Shown one piece after another: positions 1 through 9,700 of a stretch of DNA of 64,000 nucleotides (position 1 is the first letter of the stretch; each line of letters begins with the position of its first letter). Under the pieces are notes generated by a model. It was given only the letters and a program-made list of their open reading frames with translations. It made no database searches and was not told where the DNA came from. The DNA is taken from positions 39,435-103,434 of the forward strand of contig NZ_JBALBW010000007.1 in NCBI RefSeq assembly GCF_036919895.1. The letters run 5' to 3'. The stretch comes from Nostoc sp. (GTDB lineage Bacteria > Cyanobacteriota > Cyanobacteriia > Cyanobacteriales > Nostocaceae). The position numbers were made by a program, and so were the translations under genes.

Positions 1-1
1 A

Positions 2-361
2 ATGGATTTGACTCAAGGGTTAGCTCTGATATCAAGCCTAATCTTAGGAATTATCCCTTTTGCGATTCTCGGTCTTGCATTGGGGTACTTGCTAAACCCC
101 AAAAGTGCTGATTCTATTCTTAGCCTATCGCTAATTGTTATTCCTGTTGCTTGCGGTTCAATTCCACTTCCAGTACCGCAAATCGTCCAAGACTTAATTG
201 CATTCTCGCCGTTCTACCACTTTCGGCAGTTAATTCTATCGGCGGTTAACTTGAACCACGATAACCACCTAATTTTACATTTACTTTGGCTACTTTGGGC
301 TTGTGGTGCTTTTGGTTTATTGGCGGCTTGGTCTTATCAACGCGATCGCGCCGTACAATAG
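2..361 (+). CDS. ABC-2 type transporter permease, C-terminal part (gene probably starts left of the window)
   Basis: Hydrophobic helices and the P..(I)QDLIAFSPFYHF motif typical of ABC-2 permease C-termini. Confidence 0.75.
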   Translation: MDLTQGLALISSLILGIIPFAILGLALGYLLNPKSADSILSLSLIVIPVACGSIPLPVPQIVQDLIAFSPFYHFRQLILSAVNLNHDNHLILHLLWLLWACGAFGLLAAWSYQRDRAVQ

Positions 362-391
362 CTTCAACAGGATTATGTAGACTCTTATTTG

Positions 392-556
392 CTACGCATC
401 TGTTACTTCGGTTTCAAACTGCACTTTTCGGTACAAATGAGCGATGCCTTCGGCGGGCTTCGCCAACGCAATTTCTACATTCACCGATTCCAGCCGCAAT
501 ATATCGCCATGCGTGGAGAACATCCATTGCTGAGGGTCTATCAGGAAAAAGTTTCC
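392..556 (-). pseudogene. 3' remnant of a Uma2-family endonuclease gene
   Basis: Minus-strand frame reads FLIDPQQ..GDILRLESVNVEIA[LAKPAEG]IAHLYRKVQFETEVTDA*, like Uma2 C-termini; no start codon or N-terminal half. Confidence 0.55.
441..469. repeat. 21-nt small dispersed repeat (SDR5-like) inserted in a HIP1 site
   Basis: GCGAT|gccttcggcgggcttcgccaa|CGC; removing 446-466 restores GCGATCGC. Confidence 0.75.
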
Positions 557-652
557 AAGTGCTGACATTTGAATTAACTCTAATTTAAGTTAACTATACA
601 AGCATCTAAACCTCTAGCATTTTATCTGGTAGCTGGTTAATGCGATCGCCTC

Positions 653-1222
653 TCAGATTTTTCGCAATAATTCCCGAATAGCGATCGCACAATCAGGGAA
701 GGCTAAAGGTGAAATTGTCACATCCTCTGCAAATATGCTCTCACTGTGATAGCCGTCTGGACTGGGAAGACGATACATATACAACTTGCGTCCATTGACA
801 TCTAAAATCCAGTACTCAATAATCCCTGACATAGCATAAGCCATCGCTTTTACTTCGCGATCGTATTTAAGACTAGAATCAGCTATTTCAATCAGTAAAA
901 ATACTTCGGAAGCATTGGGATGGTGATCCTCATAATCTAATGGATTCAGCTTCACTACCGAAATATCTGGCTCTGGTTCCGAGTAATCGTCAAGTTGCAC
1001 TGGTGACTGGATTCTTAATAAAACTTTGTCACCCAAACGTTGACGTAATAACCTTTCTGTGCGGGTAATTGCTGATTCGTGAGCAGTTCCTTTTGCTGAC
1101 ATTCTGATGATTTGTCCCGCGATTAATTCTAAGCGTTCTTCAGGATGCAAAATTCCCGTTTCCGCCATTTGGTGATATTCTTGAACACTAATTAGGCGAA
1201 TATTGGTAAGCATAAGATTCAC
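653..1222 (-). CDS. Uma2 (DUF820) family endonuclease
   Basis: VQEYHQMAETGIL..RLELIAGQI, SEPEPD, LLIEIADSS, EYWILD motifs. Confidence 0.9.
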   Translation of the reverse strand: MNLMLTNIRLISVQEYHQMAETGILHPEERLELIAGQIIRMSAKGTAHESAITRTERLLRQRLGDKVLLRIQSPVQLDDYSEPEPDISVVKLNPLDYEDHHPNASEVFLLIEIADSSLKYDREVKAMAYAMSGIIEYWILDVNGRKLYMYRLPSPDGYHSESIFAEDVTISPLAFPDCAIAIRELLRKI

Positions 1223-1223
1223 G

Positions 1224-3221
1224 TTAACGTCCTAGCATTCTATCTCGCAGATGTTTAATGCGATCGCGCAATTTACCTGCCTCTTCAAATTCCAGTTTCT
1301 TCGCCGCCTCTTTCATCTGCGCTTCTAACAGAGTAATCAACCCTGGAATCTGTTCTAATGGCAGTTCATCTATATGTTCATCTACTACTTTCAAGTCTGT
1401 TGCATTTAACCGCCGAGATACATCTAAAAAAGACAAAATCGCATTACTTGATTTTTTTACAATCGATTGCGGTGTAATCCCATGCAGTCGATTATGTGCG
1501 GTTTGAATCCCACGCCGCCTGTCGGTTTCATCAATGGCTTTAATCATGCTACCTGTCATATTATCGGCATATAAAATCGCTTGTCCCTGGACGTGACGCG
1601 CGGCTCTACCAATAGTTTGAATTAAAGAGCGCTCGGTTCTCAAGAAACCTTCTTTATCTGCATCCATAATTGCTACTAAGGAAACTTCGGGTAAATCCAA
1701 ACCTTCCCGCAGCAAGTTCACGCCAACTAATACATCAAATTTCCCATCGCGCAAGTTCTGCAAAATCTCAATGCGCTCAATAGAAGTAATCTCGGAATGT
1801 AAATACCGTACCCTGATGCTGCGGTCTTGCAAATATTCGGTTAAATCTTCCGCCATGCGTTTGGTTAATGTGGTAATTAACACTCGTTCATGGCGATCGG
1901 CTCTATCTTTAATTTCGCCTAACAAATCATCAATTTGTCCTTCTGTGGGACGTACAGAAATTTCTGGATCAACCACTCCAGTTGGTCGAATTACTTGCTC
2001 AACTACATGGTCTTCAGAAACTTCTATTTCCCAATTTCCCGGAGTGGCGGAAACAAAAATACACTGATTCATCTTTTGCCAGAATTCCTCGGCTTTCAAA
2101 GGACGATTATCAGCAGCACTAGGAAGTCGAAATCCATGTTCAATTAAAACTTTTTTTCTCGCTTGATCGCCGTTATACATACCACGAATTTGTGGCACTG
2201 TCACGTGAGATTCATCGATAATTAATAGCCAATCTTTAGGAAAATAATCAATTAAACATTCTGGTGATTCTCCAGCTTGTCTTCCTGCTAAATGACGGGA
2301 ATAATTCTCAACGCCGTTGCAATAACCGACTTCGCGCAGCATTTCTAGGTCATAGCGTGTACGTTGATCTATGCGTTGCGCTTCTAATAGTTTCCCAGCT
2401 TGTTCTAAGTCTAGTTTTTGCTGTTTTAACTCGGCTGCAATGTCATTACAAGCTCCTTCTAAGCGTTCTTCTGGGGTGACAAAGTGACGCGCAGGGTAAA
2501 CATTCACCGCTTCCAAACTTTTGAGAATTTCCCCTGTCACCGGATCGATATAGCGAATCGCGTCAATTTCATCACCAAAGAATTCGACGCGAATAATTCG
2601 GTCTTCATAAGCTGGGCCAATTTCTAAGACATCACCCCGGACGCGAAATTTTCCTCGACCCATTTCTATGTCGTTGCGGCTATATTGAACATTTGCCAAA
2701 TCTCGTAAAATTTGGCGTTGGTTGACTTCCATACCTATCTGAAGAGGGATGGCAGCTTTCAGATATTCTGCTGGCATTCCTAAACCGTAGATGCAACTGA
2801 TGGAAGCAACGACAATGACATCACGACGTTCAAACAGCGATCGCGTCGCTGAATGCCGCAACATATCTATTTCATCATTAATTGCCGCTGTTTTTTCAAT
2901 ATAAGTATCGGTGACGGGAATATACGCTTCTGGCTGATAATAATCGTAGTAGCTGACGAAATACTCGACTGCGTTGTTGGGGAAGAAATCCCGCAACTCG
3001 TTACAAAGCTGTGCAGCCAGAGTTTTGTTATGCGCCAGTACTAAAGTAGGCTTGCCAATTTTCTCAATCACTGCTGCTACCGAAAATGTCTTACCAGTTC
3101 CAGTGGCTCCTAGTAAAGTTTGGTAACGATTGCCTGATTGGATACTAGCAGTTAATTGTGCGATCGCTTGTGGTTGATCGCCTGTCGGACTAAAGGGAGC
3201 TTGAAGACAAAATTCTGTCAT
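1224..3221 (-). CDS. uvrB: Excinuclease ABC subunit B
   Basis: GATGTGKT Walker [11 protein letters not shown] beta-hairpin, DESH, LLREGLD, C-terminal UVR motif; likely start [10 protein letters not shown] at 3221. Confidence 0.98.
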   Translation of the reverse strand: MTEFCLQAPFSPTGDQPQAIAQLTASIQSGNRYQTLLGATGTGKTFSVAAVIEKIGKPTLVLAHNKTLAAQLCNELRDFFPNNAVEYFVSYYDYYQPEAYIPVTDTYIEKTAAINDEIDMLRHSATRSLFERRDVIVVASISCIYGLGMPAEYLKAAIPLQIGMEVNQRQILRDLANVQYSRNDIEMGRGKFRVRGDVLEIGPAYEDRIIRVEFFGDEIDAIRYIDPVTGEILKSLEAVNVYPARHFVTPEERLEGACNDIAAELKQQKLDLEQAGKLLEAQRIDQRTRYDLEMLREVGYCNGVENYSRHLAGRQAGESPECLIDYFPKDWLLIIDESHVTVPQIRGMYNGDQARKKVLIEHGFRLPSAADNRPLKAEEFWQKMNQCIFVSATPGNWEIEVSEDHVVEQVIRPTGVVDPEISVRPTEGQIDDLLGEIKDRADRHERVLITTLTKRMAEDLTEYLQDRSIRVRYLHSEITSIERIEILQNLRDGKFDVLVGVNLLREGLDLPEVSLVAIMDADKEGFLRTERSLIQTIGRAARHVQGQAILYADNMTGSMIKAIDETDRRRGIQTAHNRLHGITPQSIVKKSSNAILSFLDVSRRLNATDLKVVDEHIDELPLEQIPGLITLLEAQMKEAAKKLEFEEAGKLRDRIKHLRDRMLGR

Positions 3222-3474
3222 ACAGTTTTGCTGGAAATACCCTATCTCATGGTGACGATTCCGCCCTGTATTCATTCTAGCGGGACTATTAGACCAACTA
3301 AATAGTAATAATTATTTACAAAACTTAATAATTAAAATTTACTTATGTATCAGTTTTAAGGATTCTTATATCTAGATGAGGTTTTTTAAGGTTAAACTCT
3401 AGAGTATATGGAAAAAAATTTCATCTTTCCTTAATTATTGTAAAATTCAATTAACAAACCAGAGGTCTTCGTTT

Positions 3475-3936
3475 ATGACTATTAGCAACGCTGGCAAAGC
3501 AACCAGTTCTCGGCAAAAGCCTGCCAAGTCTCCAGGGGATAATAATACAGATGAAGTTGAAAATCAACAAGACCAGAGCTTGAATGCTGATAAAGTCGAG
3601 GAAGAACTGCCAGTGGGGGCTTCTGGGACACTTGCTATTTCTGGAATTCGTCCCATAGGCGCTAGTGATTTAGAAGTTGCTGAACACCTCTCAATTGCTG
3701 GGGTGCGTCCCATTAGCACCAGTACCTTGGAAGTAGTTGAAACCTATAACTCAATGGGTATTCGTCCAATTGGTGCTAATACATTCCAAGTCGTTGAAAG
3801 TATCAACCTCTCTGGGATTCGTCCAATTGGCTCAAGTTTATTGGTAATTGATGAAAGCTATTCCACCTTTGGTAATCGTCCCATAGCATCAAATGAAGTT
3901 GATAATTCTGAAAGCCTGATGGGTTTTCTAGATTAG
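3475..3936 (+). CDS. Hypothetical protein with five 19-aa G(I/V/N)RPI repeats
   Basis: 153-aa ORF: disordered N-terminus, then 5 tandem xGxRPI repeats. Confidence 0.75.
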   Translation: MTISNAGKATSSRQKPAKSPGDNNTDEVENQQDQSLNADKVEEELPVGASGTLAISGIRPIGASDLEVAEHLSIAGVRPISTSTLEVVETYNSMGIRPIGANTFQVVESINLSGIRPIGSSLLVIDESYSTFGNRPIASNEVDNSESLMGFLD

Positions 3937-4264
3937 ACAAAAAATATCCCCATAACTTTATTAACCCAGTTTTGTAGAGAAGCTGGGTTTTTAGTTAAAG
4001 AGTTAAAAGTATAAATTACAATATCTGCACTTTTTCTATGCCTTTTAGCATAGGTAACTAAACTACTATTACTTTATTTTGTATTCAGCCAACATCCAGA
4101 ACCCTTACTACAATTACCTTTCGTAATTATGAATCATTGAATATGTCTTGTGGTGGAAGGCTTTAGCAAAAACTTTAAGTTACTGTATAAGAGTAAATAA
4201 CAAAAAGATTTCAAAGTTAGTTTATAGCTTTAAAAGGAATCTTTCATTAAATCAGGAGTACAAA

Positions 4265-4447
4265 ATGAGCATTGAAGATCGCGCAAAGGCAGCTGCTAAA
4301 AATGTTGAAGGTAAAGCCCAAGAAGCATTAGGCAATATCACTGGAGATCCAGAAGATAAAGCTAAAGGTAAAGCAAAGCAAGCTGAAAGCGAAGTACGTA
4401 ATGGAATTGAAGACGTCAAAGATAATGTCAAAAAGAACATTGACTAA
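4265..4447 (+). CDS. csbD: CsbD-family stress protein
   Basis: MSIEDRAKAAAKNVEGKAQEALGNITGDPEDKAKGKAKQAE; GGAG upstream of ATG 4265. Confidence 0.9.
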   Translation: MSIEDRAKAAAKNVEGKAQEALGNITGDPEDKAKGKAKQAESEVRNGIEDVKDNVKKNID

Positions 4448-4604
4448 TAATTCATGATTTTTTTGCAGAAACTCTAGGAATACAAATGGGGTGGATTCCA
4501 TTTTTGCAGAGAAATGTGAGTTGTTTGATAACCAAGCTGAATTCTTGTGGTATTCCCTGGGTAAGGGTTAGAGAATAAAAGATCAGCTTGATTGACAGAA
4601 TTTT

Positions 4605-4635
4605 TGTAGAGACGTAGATTAATCGCGTCTCTACA
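4605..4635. repeat. REP-like palindrome GTAGAGACG...CGTCTCTAC, degenerate copy
   Basis: tgtagagacgtagattaatcgcgtctctaca; same family at 34126 and 63231. Confidence 0.8.
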
Positions 4636-5079
4636 ATTACCAAATTGCCAAAAAAGGTTTAAATTCAAATATTATATATAACTATCATTCATTATTTTGC
4701 CAAGCCAGTTTTAAAGGTTTATATTAACTAATAACTTTAGTGATTATTTGGAATTTATTTAGCTATAACTTGAAAATTAGAATTTAAAAACTCAATCAAT
4801 TAGTTTGAGCAGATTTAAAATAATAGCTTTTAAATTTATAATGATAAACATCTAGACCAAAAGTTGGGACTTTCTACACATAACCCGAACTACATGACTG
4901 TTGATGATGTTAGTAAACTAGGGTAATTTCTAATACGAACGTAGCTGCGGCAACTTTTCCCAATCTGAAGATTATTCCAAATATCGTCAAATTGTAGTAA
5001 TATAGCACGGGCATTAACTATCTTCAGCTACATCTGATTGTTAGCGCTCAGAAATTTACAAATCGATGAGAGTATTACC

Positions 5080-5718
5080 GTGAGCCTAACTCTTTATTTT
5101 CTCCGTCACGGACAGACAGAATGCAGTCGCAATAACTCCTTTTGCGGTTCCATAGACTCAGAACTTACTCCAGAAGGCTTGGAGATGGCAAAGGCTTTTG
5201 CAGACGCATATAGTTCTATGGATTGGACAGCAATATTTTGTAGTCCTATGCGGCGAACTGTATTGACAGCAAAACCCTTATCTGAAGCAATAGGGATGGA
5301 ACCACAACTCAGAGATGGTTTGAAGGAAATCAACTATGGTAAGTGGGAAGGAAAAACCCCAGAAGTAATTAGCCGTGAATATCACGATGATTATATTCGC
5401 TGGTCAGCAGATCCGGCTTGGAATGGCCCAACTGGCGGAGAAATGGCAGTTACAATTGCTTCTCGCGCCTTGCAGGTAATTGAAGAAATCAAGCAAAATT
5501 ACACTAGTGGCAATGTGTTAGTGGTTTCCCACAAAGCAACCATCAGAATTATTCTGTCTAGTTTATTGGGGATTGATGTGGGACGTTTCCGTTTTCGTTT
5601 GGGATGCCCTGTGGCTTCGGTCAGTATTGTAGAATTTTCCTCACATGGCCCATTGGTAAAGGTTTTGGCAGACCGTAGTCATTTGGATGACCGATTGCGA
5701 AATTTACCGGGGACGTGA
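5080..5718 (+). CDS. Histidine phosphatase (phosphoglycerate mutase-like) family protein
   Basis: LYFLRHGQT, SPMRRT, LKEINYGKWEG, VVSHKATIR motifs; likely GTG start at 5080. Confidence 0.9.
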   Translation: MSLTLYFLRHGQTECSRNNSFCGSIDSELTPEGLEMAKAFADAYSSMDWTAIFCSPMRRTVLTAKPLSEAIGMEPQLRDGLKEINYGKWEGKTPEVISREYHDDYIRWSADPAWNGPTGGEMAVTIASRALQVIEEIKQNYTSGNVLVVSHKATIRIILSSLLGIDVGRFRFRLGCPVASVSIVEFSSHGPLVKVLADRSHLDDRLRNLPGT

Positions 5719-5752
5719 GGGGAGACGCGAAAAATCTTTGTCTGTATAGGAG

Positions 5753-6211
5753 TTAGGAATTATTATTTTTACCTTGTTCTGCTTCGCTATCTGGTGCAGT
5801 GTATTTGCAGAAAACATTTATCCCAATTTTTAGAATATATAATACGACAATTGTTGCGATCGCACCATCAATCGGAATTCCATGTGCAGCAGCAACAATC
5901 ACCAGTGAACCAATGATACTATTGAGCAGAGAAGAACTACCAGGGTTATTGGTGTATTCTTTAATTTTGCCCCGTAAACCATCATCACCACAGATTTCGG
6001 CGCTAATTTCATTGAGGGTAAGTTGCAAGAGAGATTTTTTGCCCCGACTATAATCTGTTTTGCCGACTTTCTCTTGCCAAAGTGCATCAAAACTGGCTTC
6101 TAGATTGCCGTTGTGTTGTTGCAGGGTAGTAAGCGCTTGTTGCGCTGGGGTGTCGTTTACAAGAAGTTGCTGAAATTCTTGGATTTCGACAGGGGTTAAT
6201 TGGGGATTCAT
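5753..6211 (-). CDS. Hypothetical protein with C-terminal hydrophobic helical hairpin
   Basis: 152-aa ORF with two hydrophobic segments (SLLNSIIGSLVIVAAA, AIATIVVLYILKIGINVFC). Confidence 0.75.
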   Translation of the reverse strand: MNPQLTPVEIQEFQQLLVNDTPAQQALTTLQQHNGNLEASFDALWQEKVGKTDYSRGKKSLLQLTLNEISAEICGDDGLRGKIKEYTNNPGSSSLLNSIIGSLVIVAAAHGIPIDGAIATIVVLYILKIGINVFCKYTAPDSEAEQGKNNNS

Positions 6212-6222
6212 ATATATTTGAC

Positions 6223-6419
6223 TTAATTATTTATGATGTTGGTATCTAACAAGATTTTCACAGATTATGTTTCTCCTTTAAAGCTTCCCATCTGGCTTGG
6301 TCTGGGTCAAAATCAGAAGGCGTGGGTTGTGTTTTTTCAAACCAGCCTTGCAAAGCTTTGATTTTTGTTTGTCTCTTTGGCTTTTCTGGCTGTGACTCAA
6401 AGGATGGAACTGGCTGCAA
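6223..6419 (-). pseudogene. Toxin-antitoxin scar: antitoxin-like C-terminus plus the first 12 codons of a PIN/VapC toxin
   Basis: ...DFDPDQARWEALKEKHNL* overlaps (GTGA) with VKILLDTNIINN*; xxLLDTN is the PIN-domain N-terminal motif. Confidence 0.6.
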
Positions 6420-6469
6420 AATAGTACCTGAATCAACGATCGCAGTTAGCAGTTATAAGTGAATATCTT

Positions 6470-6637
6470 ATCGTCACCAACATTACAACATTAAGTCTTA
6501 ACGCTATAACTTTAAGGCTTAATGCTATAACTTTAAGGCTTAACCTTATAACTTTAAGGCTTAACGCTATAACCTTAAGGCTTAACGTTACAACATTAAT
6601 CACCAGCATTATAAGATTAAGGCTTAACGTTACAACT
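6470..6637. repeat. 21-bp tandem repeat array, 8 units (6 close to consensus ttaaggcttaacgctataact, 2 divergent)
   Basis: Units start at 6470, 6491, 6512, 6533, 6554, 6575, 6596, 6617. Confidence 0.9.
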
Positions 6638-6729
6638 TTTTGACAAAAGCTTATGCGATCGCTCTTTAGGGTAGTGTAATCTGTGCGATCGCTAACAACA
6701 CTTAAGCAAAACTTATGGTGCTGCGAGAA

Positions 6730-6754
6730 CCCCGACTTCTTCAAAAAGTCGGGG
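6730..6754. terminator. GC-rich hairpin (REP-like or terminator) just downstream of the CHAT gene
   Basis: ccccgactt-cttcaaa-aagtcgggg, 9-bp stem. Confidence 0.6.
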
Positions 6755-6761
6755 ATCTGAA

Positions 6762-9700
6762 TCAACCTAGCTTATCCCGCGCTGCCCAAATTGCCTCGCG
6801 CACCTCTCTGGCGCACTCTTCACCCGTCGCCTCACGCCAAATAAGTTGAAACTGACTTTCGCCTAACTGCTGGAGCATACGGGCTAAAGCATTGATACGA
6901 TAACCAATCAAATCTTGATTATGCTCTAAGTCAATGGCTAAAACACGAATGTAAATTTGCAAAGCCTCAGTATAATTTTCTTGAGCTTCTAAAACCCTTC
7001 CCCACTTACCCAATGTTGCTGAAGCCTTACGCCAATCACGGAATTGTTCAAAAACTTTATAGGTTTTTTGATAATAATCAACAGCCACATCAAACAGCCG
7101 TTGCTCTTCGGCTACCCTGCCCAGTTGGTGATAGACAGTAGCAGCACTGTACAAATCCCCGGCATCTTCTTTTATCTTCAGCGCCTTTTTATAGTAATCA
7201 ACAGCCACATCAAACAGCCGTTGCTCTTGGGCTACCCTGCCCAGGTGGTGATAGACACTAGCAGCACTGTACAAATCCCCGGCATCTTCATATATCTTCA
7301 GTGCCTTGTTGTAGTAATCAACAGCCACATCAAACTGCCGTTGCTCTTCGGCTACGCTGCCCAGTTGGTGATAGTCACTAGCAGCACTGTACAAATACCC
7401 GGCATCTTCTTTTATCTTCAGCGCCTTGTTGTAGTAATCAACAGCCACATCAAACTGCCGTTGCTCTTCGGCTACTATGCCCAGTTGGTGATATTGATTA
7501 GCAGCACTGTACAAATCCCCGGCATCTTCAAATATCTTCAGCGCCTTTTTGTAGTAATCAACAGCCACATCAAACTGCCGTTGCTCTTTGGCTACCGTGC
7601 CCAGTTGGTGATAGTCACTAGCAGCACTGTAAAAATCCCCGGCATCTTCAAATATCTTCAGCGCCTTTTTATAGTAATCAACAGCCACATCAAACTGCCG
7701 TTGCCCTTCGGCTACGATGCCCAGTTGGTGATAAGCAACAGCAATTTTGTCATTCACTGAGGAGTCATTTACAGCTATCAGTTCATCCAGAATTTCTTGA
7801 TGGACTTTCCTTGCCCCTTCCAAGTCAGCACTTTGAGCGGCTTCATTGGCATCTGTACCCCGCAGATACATCCAGAAATCTAGAGCATCTTTACCCTTTG
7901 CTTTGGCATCTGTCAAATGAATACCAATATGCTTCAGCGTCCGTTGTCGCAGTGACTTAAATTCGGGTTTGCGTCCTATGCGATCATACACTTCTCCCAA
8001 GGCTTGCAGAATCCATTGTGCATAAGCCCATTCCTGCTGATGTTCAGCAAGGCGCAGATTTTGCAACAGATTTGGTTCTTCCACCCGAAGCACAAAAGTT
8101 GCTAGTTCTGCATTGCTAATGAGTTTCTTACGGTAGTTGTCAGCCAACGCTGCGTAGAAAATCAGCAACTTTTTTTCGAGTTCGTTAATCACCTCCTGGG
8201 AAGTAATTGTGTTTAACTGCTGGCGCAAATACCAAGGTAGTGCTGGGTGAATTTTGTAGATACTCTCACCCAACAAATATTCCACAATACCTGTGGTGGC
8301 GGCTTCATTGAGAATCTGCAACCAATCTGGTTTTTGCAAGTTCTCCCCAAACACCGCTTGATATGCTTGTCCAAATTCATTATCAGGATTTTTTGAAAAA
8401 CCATGCAGCCAATCTGCATCAACCCGTTCCGAAAACAACGCCAAAAATGGTAAATGCTGGCGTGTTCGTTCTGACAACTTAGCAAAAGAATAATCCAACG
8501 ACACAGTAAGAGATTTTTCTCTCCCTTCTTCCTCTTGTCCCCTAAAAGTATCCAACCCCCGCCGCAGCGCCTCAATTAACTGCACAGGTGTCTGCATCTT
8601 TAAATGCGGCAACACCACCCGCAAGGACAACGGATGTCCCCCCAACAATTTCAACAATTCCAAATACTCTGCTGGTAGGTTCTTTCTCTCCACGCCCACC
8701 GTTTGCAAAATCTTCGCGGCTAACTCTTGGGCATCCGCTTCAGACAACCCCCGCAAGTTGATTAAACTATACCCACAATCCAACCAAGGTTCTTCGCGGC
8801 GACTGGTAATTAATACCCAAGATTTACCACCCCGCAATTCCTTAAGAAACCGCTTCAGCTTGTTTCTTTCTTCCCCACTCAATAATGGTTCATTCCCCGT
8901 CGGGAAACCGTTGACAGGTTCAAAGTTATCCCAAATCAACAAGCAAGGATTAGTTTGCAGATATTGCTGCACCACATCTTCTTGCTTATCGGGCATCATT
9001 TGCGAAAATCTCTCACCTCCTAACGCCCTACCAATTTGGTTAATTACCTGACTCAACCCCGCACCCTGTTCAAAGGAGGTGAAAAACATACCGCCTGTAC
9101 GTCCTTGGGTATCATCCAACCATCGGGCGAAACCTGCGGCTAACTCAGTCTTCCCAACGCCGCCCATTCCCTGTACTAACACAACATGATTTTGCCGAAA
9201 TGCTCTCTCTAAACGCAAAATCTCATAATCCCGCCCAATAAAACCGAATGCACTTTCATCAGGTAAACCCACAGCTTTGCTGCTTTCTGGAGTATTGTCT
9301 GTTTGCGCCATCAAATCGGCAAAACTGGGTGCTATCTTTTTAGGAACAAAAGGCGTATAGGGTTCCTGCTGATACAACACTGGCACAAGCCAATCTTGTA
9401 AAGGTAAATTTCCTTTGGGACTGGGGCGCATTTTGTCAATAGACATGGACTTACGCCCTGCTGCAACTGCTGTGGCGATACACTCTCCCCTGACTAATTC
9501 TCCATACAACCGCCCAATAAAGTGTTCTGCACCTTTGGCGTAAACTGAATACGCCATCGCTACCACACCCTTAGCCCCCAATTTCACCAACTGTCCCGCC
9601 ACAGAAGAAAAAGCTTCTTCGCCTACTTGTCCAGACTTGCAAGCATTCAGCACAAAAATAGGCACACGGCAATCTGTTAAATATTGGGCGATTTCTCTAG

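Noticed and set aside
286-588. 100-aa + strand ORF
   Set aside because: Overlaps the permease end and the antisense of the Uma2 relic; no coding signal
1258-3044. Multiple short + strand ORFs within uvrB, and similar ones opposite zds, cobQ, ctaA, the suf genes and the repeat protein
   Set aside because: Antisense or alternate-frame shadows of well-supported genes
3276-3474. LexA or NtcA box upstream of uvrB
   Set aside because: No convincing RGTAC-N3-DGTWC or GTA-N8-TAC match found by eye
4148-4264. N-terminal extension of CsbD
   Set aside because: The RBS and family length support the ATG at 4265
6470-6637. CRISPR array
   Set aside because: Units are head to tail with no unique spacers, and there are no cas genes in the window
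6433-6765. 110-aa ORF as a firm gene
   Set aside because: TTG start, crosses a REP-like hairpin and HIP1 sites, and is open mainly because the repeat lacks stops; kept only as a hypothesis
7071-7731. Diversity-generating retroelement target
   Set aside because: Differences are not restricted to adenines, and no reverse transcriptase or separate template repeat is present
7044-7760. 238-aa repetitive ORF on the + strand
   Set aside because: Antisense shadow of the 120-bp TPR repeats of the CHAT gene; no RBS or independent signal
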